Of a stretch of 64,000 nucleotides of DNA, positions 53,263 to 62,527 are shown piece by piece (within the stretch, counting starts at the first letter, position 1; each line of letters begins with the position of its first letter). Source of the stretch: Candidatus Latescibacterota bacterium (lineage in GTDB: Bacteria; Latescibacterota; UBA2968); assembly GCA_965208125.1 (NCBI GenBank), contig OZ242320.1, forward strand, positions 2,048,001-2,112,000. Reading direction: 5' to 3'. Position numbers and translations under genes: made by a program. A model generated the notes under the pieces. It worked only from the letters and a program-made list of their open reading frames with translations. It did no database searches and was not told the DNA's origin.

Positions 53263-54423
53263 ATGCCAATGCAGACCGACCAACTCAAACAACGCAATCG
53301 CGAACTCTCTATCCTCAACGCGATCGCCCATGCACTCAACCAGTCTGTGGATCTCGATCAAGCCCTGGAGACAGCGCTTAAAAAAGTAGCTGCACTGCTC
53401 GATTTGAACACCAGCTGGATATGGCTCATGCACGAAGAGACGGGCGAACCCTATCTGGCTGCAGCACAAAACTTACCCCCTGTATTGCGCGATAACCCAG
53501 ACAGAATGGGTGGCTGGTGCTATTGTCTGGATACCTATCAGAAAGGCGATTTGAAGGGGGCTGCAAATGTGAATGTCGTGACGTGTAGCCGATTGAAAGG
53601 ACTCGTAGAAGGAACAGATGGGTTGCAGTACCATGCGAGCATTCCACTGTATGCCCAGAAAAAAAAGGTGGGGGTGTTGAATGTGGGCAGTGTCGAATGG
53701 CGCGAGCTTTCGGATGAGGATTTGCGTTTGCTCAATACGGTGGGTGATTTGATGAGTATTGCTATTGAACGGGCGCGTTTGTACGAAAAAAGCGTTGAAA
53801 TTGGCGCTGCAGATGAGCGTCTCCGCCTCGCGCGAGAAATACACGACACACTGGGTCAGAATTTGGCGGCAATTTTAATGCGGTTGGAAACTCTGGATGC
53901 ACTGCTCGAAGACAATACAGATCGCAAAAAATTGTCTGAAACCGTGCGCGATGCCATGGCTTTGGCGCGCGATAATCTGGAAGATGCGCGGCGCACTGTG
54001 CTGGATTTGCGCGCTGCACCGCTCGAAAATCGCACGCTGGCCAAAGCATTGCAAGATCTGGGACGCGAAATAGGAGACGAGGCAAAACTGACGATACGCG
54101 TAAAGCGTATTGGCGGACACCCTTTGTCCATGCGGGTGGAAGCGGGTTTGTATCGCATGGCTCAGGAGGCATTGAATAATGTTGTGCAGCACGCAAAAGC
54201 CAGAGAGGTCCTGGTTGAACTGACCTCAACGCCCGAATACGTAGAACTTGTGGTTAAAGACGATGGATGCGGATTTGATCCCAAAAACGTATCAGAAGGC
54301 CGATATGGTCTGGTTGGGCTGAATGAGCGGGCGCATTTGCTCGGGGGGACATTTGCAATTGAAAGCGCGCCTGAGCGCGGTACGCGTTTGGATATCCGCA
54401 TTCCTTTGGAGCGCAAAATATGA
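53263..54423 (+). CDS. Cytoplasmic GAF-domain sensor histidine kinase (HisKA_3)
   Basis: GAF with CYC and C residues, ERLRLAREIHD, QEALNN..HA, DDGCGF, YGLVG; start uncertain. Confidence 0.9.
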   Translation: MPMQTDQLKQRNRELSILNAIAHALNQSVDLDQALETALKKVAALLDLNTSWIWLMHEETGEPYLAAAQNLPPVLRDNPDRMGGWCYCLDTYQKGDLKGAANVNVVTCSRLKGLVEGTDGLQYHASIPLYAQKKKVGVLNVGSVEWRELSDEDLRLLNTVGDLMSIAIERARLYEKSVEIGAADERLRLAREIHDTLGQNLAAILMRLETLDALLEDNTDRKKLSETVRDAMALARDNLEDARRTVLDLRAAPLENRTLAKALQDLGREIGDEAKLTIRVKRIGGHPLSMRVEAGLYRMAQEALNNVVQHAKAREVLVELTSTPEYVELVVKDDGCGFDPKNVSEGRYGLVGLNERAHLLGGTFAIESAPERGTRLDIRIPLERKI

Positions 54424-55034
54424 AGATTCACATTGTGGTTGTAGATGATCATCCGGTTGTGCGCGATGGCCTTATTGCAATGCTGAATACACAGTCCGAT
54501 TTTGAGGTGGTGGGAGAAGCAGGTGATGGCGAAGAAGCATTGCAGAAGGTTGCAAAACACAATCCCGATGTGCTATTGCTCGATCTGGAGATGCCGGGTG
54601 TAGATGGCGTTGAAACGCTTCGGCGATTGCAAGAGGAAAAGGCGCAGGTGCGGGTTATTGTGTTTACGGTTTTTGATACGGATGAGCGCATTGTCTCGGC
54701 TATGCAGGCCGGGGCAAAGGGTTATTTGCTCAAGGGCGCGCCCAGAGACGAGGTGTTTCGCGCCGTGCGCGTGGTCAATGAGGGTGGGTCATTGCTCGAG
54801 CCTCTCGTTGCTTCCAAGTTGCTGGACAGTGTAAACAATCCGGATGCGTTGACCGTGCGGCAAAAGGAAGTGATCAAACTGCTGGCAACGGGTTTGTTGA
54901 ACAAAGAAATTGCCGATCAACTCGATATTGCTGAACGCACGGTGAAATTTCACGTGAGTGAAATACTGGCCAAACTCGGCGCGGGCAATCGCACAGAGGC
55001 AGTAGCTGTTGCGACGCAGAAGGGGTTGATATAA
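54420..55034 (+). CDS. NarL/LuxR-family response regulator
   Basis: VVDDHPVVR, LLDLEMP, GYLLK, NKEIA..TVKFHV. Confidence 0.95.
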   Translation: MKIHIVVVDDHPVVRDGLIAMLNTQSDFEVVGEAGDGEEALQKVAKHNPDVLLLDLEMPGVDGVETLRRLQEEKAQVRVIVFTVFDTDERIVSAMQAGAKGYLLKGAPRDEVFRAVRVVNEGGSLLEPLVASKLLDSVNNPDALTVRQKEVIKLLATGLLNKEIADQLDIAERTVKFHVSEILAKLGAGNRTEAVAVATQKGLI

Positions 55035-55062
55035 CAATCAGCATAATGCTGTATGCAACGCG

Positions 55063-55102
55063 ACCTGTCCGAAAGGACAGGTTGTTTTTGTCCTTGGGGA
55101 CG
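55063..55102. promoter_or_regulatory. Paired TGTCC-N4-GGAC palindromes (NarL-type operator or terminator)
   Basis: ACCTGTCCGAAAGGACAGGT and TGTCCTTGGGGACG between the response regulator and Rieske gene. Confidence 0.5.
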
Positions 55103-55171
55103 GTGTTTTGGGATTTCGGAGGGTGTATTTTTGGGGTGTAAACAATCATTCCAATTAATAGGAGGCATACC

Positions 55172-56938
55172 ATGGCTGTGGCGACACTTGATTATGTGCC
55201 CTGTGCGCGTGTGGAAGATATTCCCGAGGGTGGGATTATGGCGGTGAATGTGGAGGGCCATGCGATTGCACTGGCAAAGTCGGACGGCGAGATCCGGGCG
55301 GTGGATAACCGATGTCCGCATATGGGATATCCGCTGAGTGAGGGGTCGATTCACAATGGGTTGATTATTTGCCACTGGCATCACGCGCGGTTTGATCTGA
55401 TCAGCGGGTGTACGTTTGATCCGTTTGCGGATGATGTGCGGAGTTATCCGGTGGATGTGCAGGATGGTGAGATTTATGTGAATGTGCATGCGACGCATCC
55501 CGATCCGGTGGGGCATTGGAAGCGGCGGTTGAGCGAGAGTTTGGAGCAGAATATCAATCTGGTGATTGCCAAGTCGGTGATCGCGCTTCGGGGTCAGCGG
55601 GTCGATGGCGATGAGATTGCAGAGATTGGCGCGCGGTATGGTGCGTTGAGGCGGCGTCAGGGGTGGGGTCCGGGGTTGACGATTTTGACGTGTATGGCCA
55701 ATGTGGTGCCGAAGCTGGTGCCCGAGGATCAGGTTCTGGCACTGTATCAGGGGTTGTTGCATGTGGCGAGCGAGACGAGTAATGCAGCGCCGAGGATTGT
55801 TTTTACGCCTCTGGAGACAGAGGAGTTGACGCTGGCGCGGATTAAGGCGTGGTTCCGCTATTTGATTGAGGTGCGGAATGCCGATGGTGCAGAACGCGCT
55901 TTGTTGACGGCGATCCAGATGGGGGCAACGCCTTCGGAGATGTGCGATATGCTGGTGACTGCAGCGACGGATCACTTTTATCGCGATGGCGGGCATGTGC
56001 TGGATTTTATCAATAAGGGTTTTGAGGTGCTCGAGCGCATTGGATGGGACAAGGCCGATGAGATTTTGCCTTCTCTGGTGGGGGTGCTTTCGGGTTCTCA
56101 GCGGAGTGAAGAGCTGAACCGATGGCGCAGTCCCGTAGATCTGGTGGCGTTGTTACACGATGCGTTTGATGAGCTTGAGGATCTGGTTCAAGAGGGCAAG
56201 GGCAAGACGTGGGACGATGCGGATGCTTTGACGGAGGTTTTGTCAGGTGATGATCCGCATGCGATTGTGGATGGGTTGAAGGCGGCATTTGCCGGGGGGG
56301 CGGCGCTGACGCAGTTGACGCAGACGCTGACTTATGCAGCGGCTTTGCGGATTGCGCGGTTTCACGTTAAGAATGAGTTTGCCGATTGGATCGCTGTGTT
56401 GCATACGCATTCGGCGGCTAATGCGCTGCATCAATGTGCAAAGCGCGGGCCGTCCCTGGATCTGGCGCGGGGGATTTTTCACGGTGCGATGGCACTGTAT
56501 TTTGACCGGTGGTTTAATAAGCCAGCTGCCCGTTTGCCGCAGGATCAGCGCGCGACCTATCAGTTGCCGGAAGATGCGGATGAGTTGCTGGATTCTTTTG
56601 TGGCGTTGCTGGATACTCAGGCGCAGGTGGATGAGGCAGGGCGGATTGCGTATCGGTATTTGTCGTTGGGGCATCCGCGGGATGCTTTGTGCGAGCGGTT
56701 GGGCCATGTGTTGCTGCGAGAAGATGCGGAGTTTCATTCGTTTCAGATGCTGGAGTCCGCGTTTAGTCAGGCAGAGGAGTTGGATGAGGAACGCGCACGG
56801 ATTACGCTGGTGGGCGCGGCGCGCTATCTGGCAGCGCATGCGCCAACGGCGCGCGCGTTGGGACAGACGGCGAATTTGGCACTGCGACTCCACCGGGGAG
56901 AGGATCTTTCGGCTGAGGATCCGGATGAGGAGGTGTGA
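55172..56938 (+). CDS. Rieske [2Fe-2S] protein with large helical C-terminal domain
   Basis: CPHMG..CHWHHARFDL ligands; AGGAGG upstream. Confidence 0.88.
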   Translation: MAVATLDYVPCARVEDIPEGGIMAVNVEGHAIALAKSDGEIRAVDNRCPHMGYPLSEGSIHNGLIICHWHHARFDLISGCTFDPFADDVRSYPVDVQDGEIYVNVHATHPDPVGHWKRRLSESLEQNINLVIAKSVIALRGQRVDGDEIAEIGARYGALRRRQGWGPGLTILTCMANVVPKLVPEDQVLALYQGLLHVASETSNAAPRIVFTPLETEELTLARIKAWFRYLIEVRNADGAERALLTAIQMGATPSEMCDMLVTAATDHFYRDGGHVLDFINKGFEVLERIGWDKADEILPSLVGVLSGSQRSEELNRWRSPVDLVALLHDAFDELEDLVQEGKGKTWDDADALTEVLSGDDPHAIVDGLKAAFAGGAALTQLTQTLTYAAALRIARFHVKNEFADWIAVLHTHSAANALHQCAKRGPSLDLARGIFHGAMALYFDRWFNKPAARLPQDQRATYQLPEDADELLDSFVALLDTQAQVDEAGRIAYRYLSLGHPRDALCERLGHVLLREDAEFHSFQMLESAFSQAEELDEERARITLVGAARYLAAHAPTARALGQTANLALRLHRGEDLSAEDPDEEV

Positions 56939-56939
56939 T

Positions 56940-56965
56940 GTAAGGGACGGCCCCTGTGCCGTCCC
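56940..56965 (+). repeat. REP element (GTAA variant)
   Basis: GTAAGGGACGGCCCCTGTGCCGTCCC, one mismatch to the 48575..48600 copy. Confidence 0.7.
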
Positions 56966-57007
56966 GTGGCGGGACGGTTGATTCCAGATCACACAGATGG
57001 GTATTAC

Positions 57008-57042
57008 AAAAGCCTGTACCAGCCAATGGTGCAGGCTTTTTT
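57008..57042. terminator. Bidirectional Rho-independent terminator
   Basis: AAAAGCCTGTACCA..TGGTGCAGGCTTTTTT between convergent genes. Confidence 0.8.
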
Positions 57043-57433
57043 ATGTATTCGATTCCCATTTTCCCTGTACGCGATAGGCTTCATCAGGACCCGGCCACGG
57101 GGGCATGGTGATGGCGACGGCGCAGAGTGGTTCGCTGCTTTGGGCGCGAAATTGGAAGTGGGTGCCCTGTGGTATGGTGAGGGTTACGCCGGGGACGAGG
57201 GAGGCGATTTCTTCGCGGTTGCCCTGTTTGCGCCACATTTCGCCCTGTCCGCTGATGATGTACCAGATTTCTTCGACGGTGCGGTGGGCAACGGCGATGG
57301 ATGTTTTTCCCGGGGGGAGTTCAAAGTGGGCCATGCCGCCGTTTTTGAGTTTGAGGAGTATGCGGACGTCGGATCCGTCGGGTGCAGTGACGTCGGGTTT
57401 TTGGGGTAGGTGTTTTGTGCTGAATTCGGTCAT
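57041..57433 (-). CDS. Cupin domain protein
   Basis: APDGSDVR, HRTVEEIWYIISGQG, IPQGTHFQFR. Confidence 0.85.
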   Translation of the reverse strand: MTEFSTKHLPQKPDVTAPDGSDVRILLKLKNGGMAHFELPPGKTSIAVAHRTVEEIWYIISGQGEMWRKQGNREEIASLVPGVTLTIPQGTHFQFRAQSSEPLCAVAITMPPWPGPDEAYRVQGKWESNT

Positions 57434-57446
57434 GGGGGTCTCCGAT

Positions 57447-58013
57447 TTACATTTCCCTTTCTCCAATGGTTTCCCGAAGCAGTATTTTTCCGCGGTACAG
57501 CCAGGTTTTTACGGTGCCTATGGGTACTTGCATTGCTTTTTCGATTTCGGCATACGAGTAGTCCTCGATATAGCGCAGGCGCATGGCTTCGCGATATTGT
57601 TGTGGCAGTGTTTGTATGCTTTTGCGTACGAGGTGTTGGCTTTCTCGTGCGTGCAGGGTGGTTTCCGGGTCCTGGGCGCAGGATGGGGCAATTTTTTCTA
57701 TGCCTTCTGGGGTGTGAAAATAGGTTGTCCATTTGCGCCGCACAGATTGTGATTCGCAGTGCGAGAGGCATACGTTCATGGCTATGCGGGTCAGCCAGGT
57801 TGAGAATGCCGCGTCACCGCGAAAGCGGTTGAGTCCCTGGTATGCTTTTATAAATGCGATTTGAACCAGGTCGTCAATGTCGTCCTTGTTTTTTGTGTGG
57901 CTGGCTACAATTGCATAAATTCGGGCTACGTTTGCTTTGTACAGTTTGCCAAATGCAATCCCATCACCCATCCGCGCTTTGAGTACCATTGTCTGCTCTT
58001 CGTTCGGTGCCAT
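57447..58013 (-). CDS. ECF sigma-70 family factor
   Basis: AFGKLY, DDLVQ, FRGDAAFSTWLTRIAMN, YSYAEI..GTVKTWLYRG; ATG at 58013 with GAGGAG. Confidence 0.9.
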   Translation of the reverse strand: MAPNEEQTMVLKARMGDGIAFGKLYKANVARIYAIVASHTKNKDDIDDLVQIAFIKAYQGLNRFRGDAAFSTWLTRIAMNVCLSHCESQSVRRKWTTYFHTPEGIEKIAPSCAQDPETTLHARESQHLVRKSIQTLPQQYREAMRLRYIEDYSYAEIEKAMQVPIGTVKTWLYRGKILLRETIGEREM

Positions 58014-58107
58014 TATACTCCTCTTGTGTCGTGAGGTCATGTTGTTTTTTGGATCATCTGCTGTGTTCTGCACCGATGGGTGTTTGGGGTGGTCCCCGAA
58101 GGGCAAC

Positions 58108-58142
58108 AAAAAACCCGACATCGAATTTAGCTCGATGTCGGG
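58108..58142 (-). terminator. Leader (attenuator-type) terminator upstream of ECF sigma
   Basis: CCCGACATCGA-7-TCGATGTCGGG perfect 11-bp stem plus U6 on minus strand, ~95 nt before the start codon. Confidence 0.75.
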
Positions 58143-58436
58143 CACGTAGGGCGTAGGCACCAAAAACCCCACTCAGGGGTTGGCAAAATTTTAGCCTCCA
58201 GGGCATGATCGCCGCCTCCTGGAGGGATAATGGCAGTGTGAATAGACCATCTATTTTTACCTAAATATATGTAATTTCAGGTATTTATCTCCTAATATCA
58301 GAGGGCTTTTGTTTTTGGGATTGGACAATATAGCCCGTTCTGTATTTTCGTGCAAGAAAAAATCTATATCATACAAAAAAATTATTTTTTGGAAAATGAG
58401 GCGGGGCGGCGGTCAGCGGACGATTACAATGTCATC

Positions 58437-58462
58437 GTAGGGGCCGTCCCTTGTGCCGTCCC
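58437..58462 (+). repeat. GTAG-type REP element
   Basis: GTAGGGGCCGTCCCTTGTGCCGTCCC; flank TTACAATGTCATC matches window positions 1..13. Confidence 0.7.
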
Positions 58463-58469
58463 AGCCTGT

Positions 58470-58508
58470 ATATTAGACCGGACAGGCGAAAATTGTACGT
58501 CACGGTGT
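58470..58508. repeat. 39-nt direct repeat, copy 1
   Basis: 33/39 identical to 63400..63438. Confidence 0.7.
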
Positions 58509-58526
58509 ACGGCAAAAAGTGCGTAA

Positions 58527-59471
58527 TCAAAACTGGACGACAAAATCAATATACGGAATGCCGGGAAAAATTGCGCCTTCTCCTATTGTATTGATCAGTC
58601 CCAGATCTACGCTTAATCGTTTGCCAAAAAATCGTATTCCATAAGAGACCAGAGGGTCTTCTACACCGGGAAAGATCCAGTTTTCTGTAACAAATGCCGT
58701 CCGTCGCGTCAAGCGCTTCTCTCCCCCGATCATTACCATGGGACGATCTGCGAGATCTCCCTCCACAAAACCATAACCAAGTCCCGCAGTCAGGCTGGCA
58801 TCGGGTTGCCCAAATGTTGTTACACCATACAATATGCCCGCAACTTCAGGGTCATCTTCTTGAAAGTCCTCATCCTCATACCTGGGAATACGCACGAGAA
58901 GTGCGCCCATGGCAAAAGAGAAGGTCTTTTGCTGTACTAATCCGAATTTTGGTGTAATAAAAAATAATTGATCATTTATATCCACGGTGGGAAAGATGGA
59001 AAGTCCTCCTCCCAGAGTAAAGCGGTCTGTGATTCCATAAGCAAAGCCCGGAAAAAAGAGATAATAATCAGCAAAATAACCTTCGCCCTGTTTCAGCATA
59101 CGCGCCGTAGGTGCAAAGAATAGGCGTGTTATATTGGGATTTGGGAACCAGTATTCTCCCTTTCGTATTAAGTCAGCAGATACTGTTTCAATGTGTTTGA
59201 TCTTTGAAATGGGAATGTGGATGATGCCCAGGTCTGTCTTAAATGCAATCTCTTCAGCACCAATCTCCACAATGCGTCCGATATTTGTCGATCCATCGGT
59301 TGTTTCAAGCACCTGAATTTGAGTGGAGTCGGGAATTGCCCACCGGGAGGTTAGGGAGGATGGTGCGTTCTTCGCGTGCTCTTCTGCAAAGATACTGTTT
59401 AGAGAGATTGCAGTGTAGATCAAGAGTAACCATTGCACTCGTATCATGACGAACCCCTTCGTTCCAATCAT
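58527..59471 (-). CDS. Hypothetical exported protein, possible outer-membrane beta-barrel
   Basis: Signal-like N-terminus, Gly/aromatic beta-strand pattern, terminal Phe. Confidence 0.7.
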   Translation of the reverse strand: MIGTKGFVMIRVQWLLLIYTAISLNSIFAEEHAKNAPSSLTSRWAIPDSTQIQVLETTDGSTNIGRIVEIGAEEIAFKTDLGIIHIPISKIKHIETVSADLIRKGEYWFPNPNITRLFFAPTARMLKQGEGYFADYYLFFPGFAYGITDRFTLGGGLSIFPTVDINDQLFFITPKFGLVQQKTFSFAMGALLVRIPRYEDEDFQEDDPEVAGILYGVTTFGQPDASLTAGLGYGFVEGDLADRPMVMIGGEKRLTRRTAFVTENWIFPGVEDPLVSYGIRFFGKRLSVDLGLINTIGEGAIFPGIPYIDFVVQF

Positions 59472-59815
59472 AACTCAGAGACCGAAAGCACTGTGGTATA
59501 ATACGCAAGCATGGCGTTGTCGGCGTCCGATTCAGCAATTTCATAAGGGATAGATTCAAATGGTTTGTGCTCTTGTGCATCGAGTTCTTCTGAAAGGTAA
59601 AATTCATGAAGAATATCGTTTCTGCCAAAAGAAAAATTTCTGTCACCCTTATCGGCTATGCGCACATCCGCTAAGAATACGACAGCGGAAAATATGACTT
59701 TAACCTTTTTAGCGTGGTGGTTCTGTAGTGAGCCTCTGACAGTAACAATATTGTCTATCTTGCTTATCGATATACCACTTTTATCAATCTCTACTGCTGA
59801 TGTATTCAGCATCAT
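59468..59815 (-). CDS. Hypothetical protein
   Basis: 115-aa ORF with GAGG upstream, coupled to downstream gene. Confidence 0.5.
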   Translation of the reverse strand: MMLNTSAVEIDKSGISISKIDNIVTVRGSLQNHHAKKVKVIFSAVVFLADVRIADKGDRNFSFGRNDILHEFYLSEELDAQEHKPFESIPYEIAESDADNAMLAYYTTVLSVSEL

Positions 59816-59986
59816 AGTTTAATCCTCGTTTTTCCCATTCAGGATAGCTTAATGGCGATGAGATGCGACTAACGAGGTATCAGCCGAATGTCCAGACGGC
59901 AGCCGACAGCCTCTGCATATTTTTTTAGAGTGGCAAGAGAAGGAGAATGCTTTTTGTGGCGTCCCGATGCTTCAAGACGTGCAACT

Positions 59987-60316
59987 TCATAATTTTCCTT
60001 TCATATTGCGGTCGAAGAATACGCTCACCACCCGCCAGGGCGTAACGGTGGTGTTCACAGCTACGCGTAGCACACGGCCATCCTGTTCTGGAATAATGCA
60101 AAAAAAACGCTCTACCTCGGTATCATTCGGATCGGATATACGCAACATCGGTTCGGCTACCACCCGTTCTACCCACTCCTGAGGGATCATGCGTTCTGTC
60201 ATTGCAAAAACCGCATGTTTGCTATATTCCAGCTTTATTGATCCAGTTGCCATATCGCGCTCGGGCTTTAGGGTGCGCGGAAAGGAAGCGACACTCTCCT
60301 CGGAGTATCGTGTCAC
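59987..60316 (-). CDS. DUF4258-family protein
   Basis: YSKHA..M.ER.I..WVERVVAEP, GRVLRVAVN, SVFFDR; start uncertain. Confidence 0.75.
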   Translation of the reverse strand: MTRYSEESVASFPRTLKPERDMATGSIKLEYSKHAVFAMTERMIPQEWVERVVAEPMLRISDPNDTEVERFFCIIPEQDGRVLRVAVNTTVTPWRVVSVFFDRNMKGKL

Positions 60317-60392
60317 AGAAAAGATAAAATTTTTGAAAGTGGATTTCTAACGCAAATAAGCGCGGAAAGGAGAAAGGTCTTGTAAGGAACAG

Positions 60393-60593
60393 TCAGGCTG
60401 TCTCAAATTCCAGAGCAGAGAGATTCAGATTGGAGGAGCGTTTCGAGAGATAGAGCAGTTCCACACCCACCACTTCGTTTGATGCATTGTAATCGAGTAC
60501 CACTCCTGGTGAGACCTCTTCTGATTCGACGATAGCAGAGTCGTCAAGGCGTAGATAGAGCGCGTCGGCTTTCTTATCGACATGTAGTTTCAT
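60393..60593 (-). CDS. DUF2283-family protein
   Basis: DALYLRL..SEEVSPGVVLDY..VVGVE. Confidence 0.85.
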   Translation of the reverse strand: MKLHVDKKADALYLRLDDSAIVESEEVSPGVVLDYNASNEVVGVELLYLSKRSSNLNLSALEFETA

Positions 60594-60617
60594 AATTCTT
60601 TATTCCTGTGACTGTGG

Positions 60618-60840
60618 TTATGAGAACGGGTTTTGCGGACAGAGATGGTGCTGACCACATGATTGAAGACGATCCAAAACGGGCTGAACCGCGTCGAGAA
60701 TGCCGCGCTTTTTAGTTCGCAAGACGACGGGCACTGTCTAAGTCCTGTTGGAGGTCGTCTTCAGTCAGTTGGAAGGTATCGACACCGTATTCGGCGAGTT
60801 TCGTTAAAAATAAGGGCTTGGGAATGCCAGCCAGCTTTGC
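60618..60840 (-). pseudogene. Fused remnants of a UPF0175 / DUF3368-like TA pair
   Basis: 60840..60712 reads AKLAGIPKPLFLTKLAEYGVDTFQLTEDDLQQDLDSARRLAN* with no start; overlapping frame from 60719 reads RTKKRGILDAVQPVLDRLQSCG. Confidence 0.6.
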
Positions 60841-61123
60841 GTATAATGATAAATGCCTATTTGCAATTTACTTGAAAAAATAGGGGTTTGCAATGGCATT
60901 TTGGCGTATAACGATAATTATATGCAAAATTTAATCCCTTCAAAATGTCTCAATGCGGAAAGCCAAAAGCGTGATCCTACCCCGAGCCTATTCACAAATT
61001 CCTCGTCCGAAAACGCATTTGCACACTTTCGCGTAGTGCCTGTATATTGATGGTATAACTGAACTGGTGCGTGAATAACGTAGTTAGCGGACAGCCACAC
61101 AATACTGGCAAAGGATTCTCCTG

Positions 61124-61942
61124 ATGCTCGATATAGTCAATCTCCCTGAGCACAGACGCGTTTTTGACAGTCTATTGCGACACTTCCGGGACATAGACGA
61201 AGTCATCGGCATCTTCGTCAGCGGAAGTCAAGCTACCGGAGAGATGGACGAGCAATCCGACCTTGATTTAGGGGTTGTTTTTGATTCCCAAAAAATCCGA
61301 GATGCTGTCTGGTCTAAAAGGTGGAATTGGGCGACCGAACCGTGGTTCCACCGATTTGATGCAGATCACATCAAGGAGTATTTCGTTATCTATCTTTTCG
61401 AGCCGTGCGTCAAGGCAGACATCAATCTTTACATAGAGGAGGACTTGCCAGGTTGGAAGGGGGCCCCCTTTCATCTTATCTGGACGAAGTCAGACAGGCT
61501 TGAAGAATGGTGTCAAGTTTCGAATGATAAGGTACGCCGCGAGAACAGGCCGACTCCCAGTGAAGAACTGTTGATCCATGAAGACGAACGTCTCTGGGCC
61601 TGGCTTGTGTATGTTGTTTTGCACACGAAGCGTGGTGAGTACTATTCCGCAGCCTGGTCGTTTGCCGATCTACGCAACATCGTGGAGAAATGGCATGCGT
61701 ATCTACAGGGAGAACACAAATTCACGCCCAGGCAGTTCGAGCAGCGGATGCCATCGCACCTGGCTGGCCGATTTGCGACCCTATTCCCACAGCCAACACG
61801 AAATTCACTCAAGAAGGCTTACTATAACCTGGCGGAACTACATGAGGAGCAGCGCAGGGAAATCGGTTCACGACTTAGATTGACCTGGAAGATAAGCGAG
61901 TATGGTATATGTAGGGTCAAGGATATGATTGGCGAAATATAG
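61124..61942 (+). CDS. Pol-beta-superfamily nucleotidyltransferase
   Basis: GSQATGEMDEQSDLDL motif plus helical C-domain. Confidence 0.8.
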   Translation: MLDIVNLPEHRRVFDSLLRHFRDIDEVIGIFVSGSQATGEMDEQSDLDLGVVFDSQKIRDAVWSKRWNWATEPWFHRFDADHIKEYFVIYLFEPCVKADINLYIEEDLPGWKGAPFHLIWTKSDRLEEWCQVSNDKVRRENRPTPSEELLIHEDERLWAWLVYVVLHTKRGEYYSAAWSFADLRNIVEKWHAYLQGEHKFTPRQFEQRMPSHLAGRFATLFPQPTRNSLKKAYYNLAELHEEQRREIGSRLRLTWKISEYGICRVKDMIGEI

Positions 61943-61963
61943 TGTGGCCATCCGCTTGCTTTT

Positions 61964-62404
61964 TTGAAAAGTTTGGGGTTACTGATGCCAGATTGCGACT
62001 ACAGTCTTACGTGGTACCATGGCTCTCAGCAAAAGCTGACGAAACTTCGTATCGGTAGTTCGATCACACAATACAGAACTGTGGCGAAGGCGTTCTCTCA
62101 CCGCCCTTCTCTTGTCTCTTTGTCTGACGAAGGTGAGTCTCTATCTGACAAGCTCAGGCTGAAGCATAACGGCGTCACTTCAGGTTATCTCTATGTTGTT
62201 TCAGATGAGATTGATCCTGATGATGTGTATCCGCATCCCCATCCGGCAAATGTCGGTCGCTGGGAGTGGCTGACTAACCGGGAATTGAAACTGGAACTCA
62301 TCGAACAGACTATCGTAACAGACAGTGAACGGCTGACAGACGAAGATATTGCAGAGATAAGGCGGAAACAGAAGGAAAGGGGCGAGGAGTCATTCGCGGA
62401 GTGA
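61964..62404 (+). CDS. Hypothetical protein (YHGS motif, weak Arr/ADP-ribosyltransferase resemblance)
   Basis: WYHGS..L, GYLYVV, EWL; function uncertain. Confidence 0.55.
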   Translation: MKSLGLLMPDCDYSLTWYHGSQQKLTKLRIGSSITQYRTVAKAFSHRPSLVSLSDEGESLSDKLRLKHNGVTSGYLYVVSDEIDPDDVYPHPHPANVGRWEWLTNRELKLELIEQTIVTDSERLTDEDIAEIRRKQKERGEESFAE

Positions 62405-62471
62405 TCTGTTTGAAAAAGCGCGCAACAAAAAGTAGGTGCAATGTCCTGCATATTCAGCAGGAGTTATAAAT

Positions 62472-62506
62472 AAAAAAAGCCACTTCCCAGTTTAAGAAGC
62501 GGCTTT
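62472..62506. terminator. Rho-independent terminator between convergent genes
   Basis: AAAAAAAGCCACTTC..GAAGCGGCTTT. Confidence 0.65.
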
Positions 62507-62527
62507 AATTTATCTATCACATTTAGT

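Noticed and set aside
54950-55996. 348-aa minus-strand ORF and similar long ORFs antisense to the Rieske and PhyH genes
   Set aside because: Antisense shadows caused by codon bias
58014-58172. N-terminal extension of the ECF sigma ORF
   Set aside because: Runs through the terminator hairpin; the ATG at 58013 has a good RBS and matches the paralog length
58190-58310. SAM-I, TPP or fluoride riboswitch
   Set aside because: Only short partial resemblances, with wrong orientation or missing core motifs; kept as an unclassified leader
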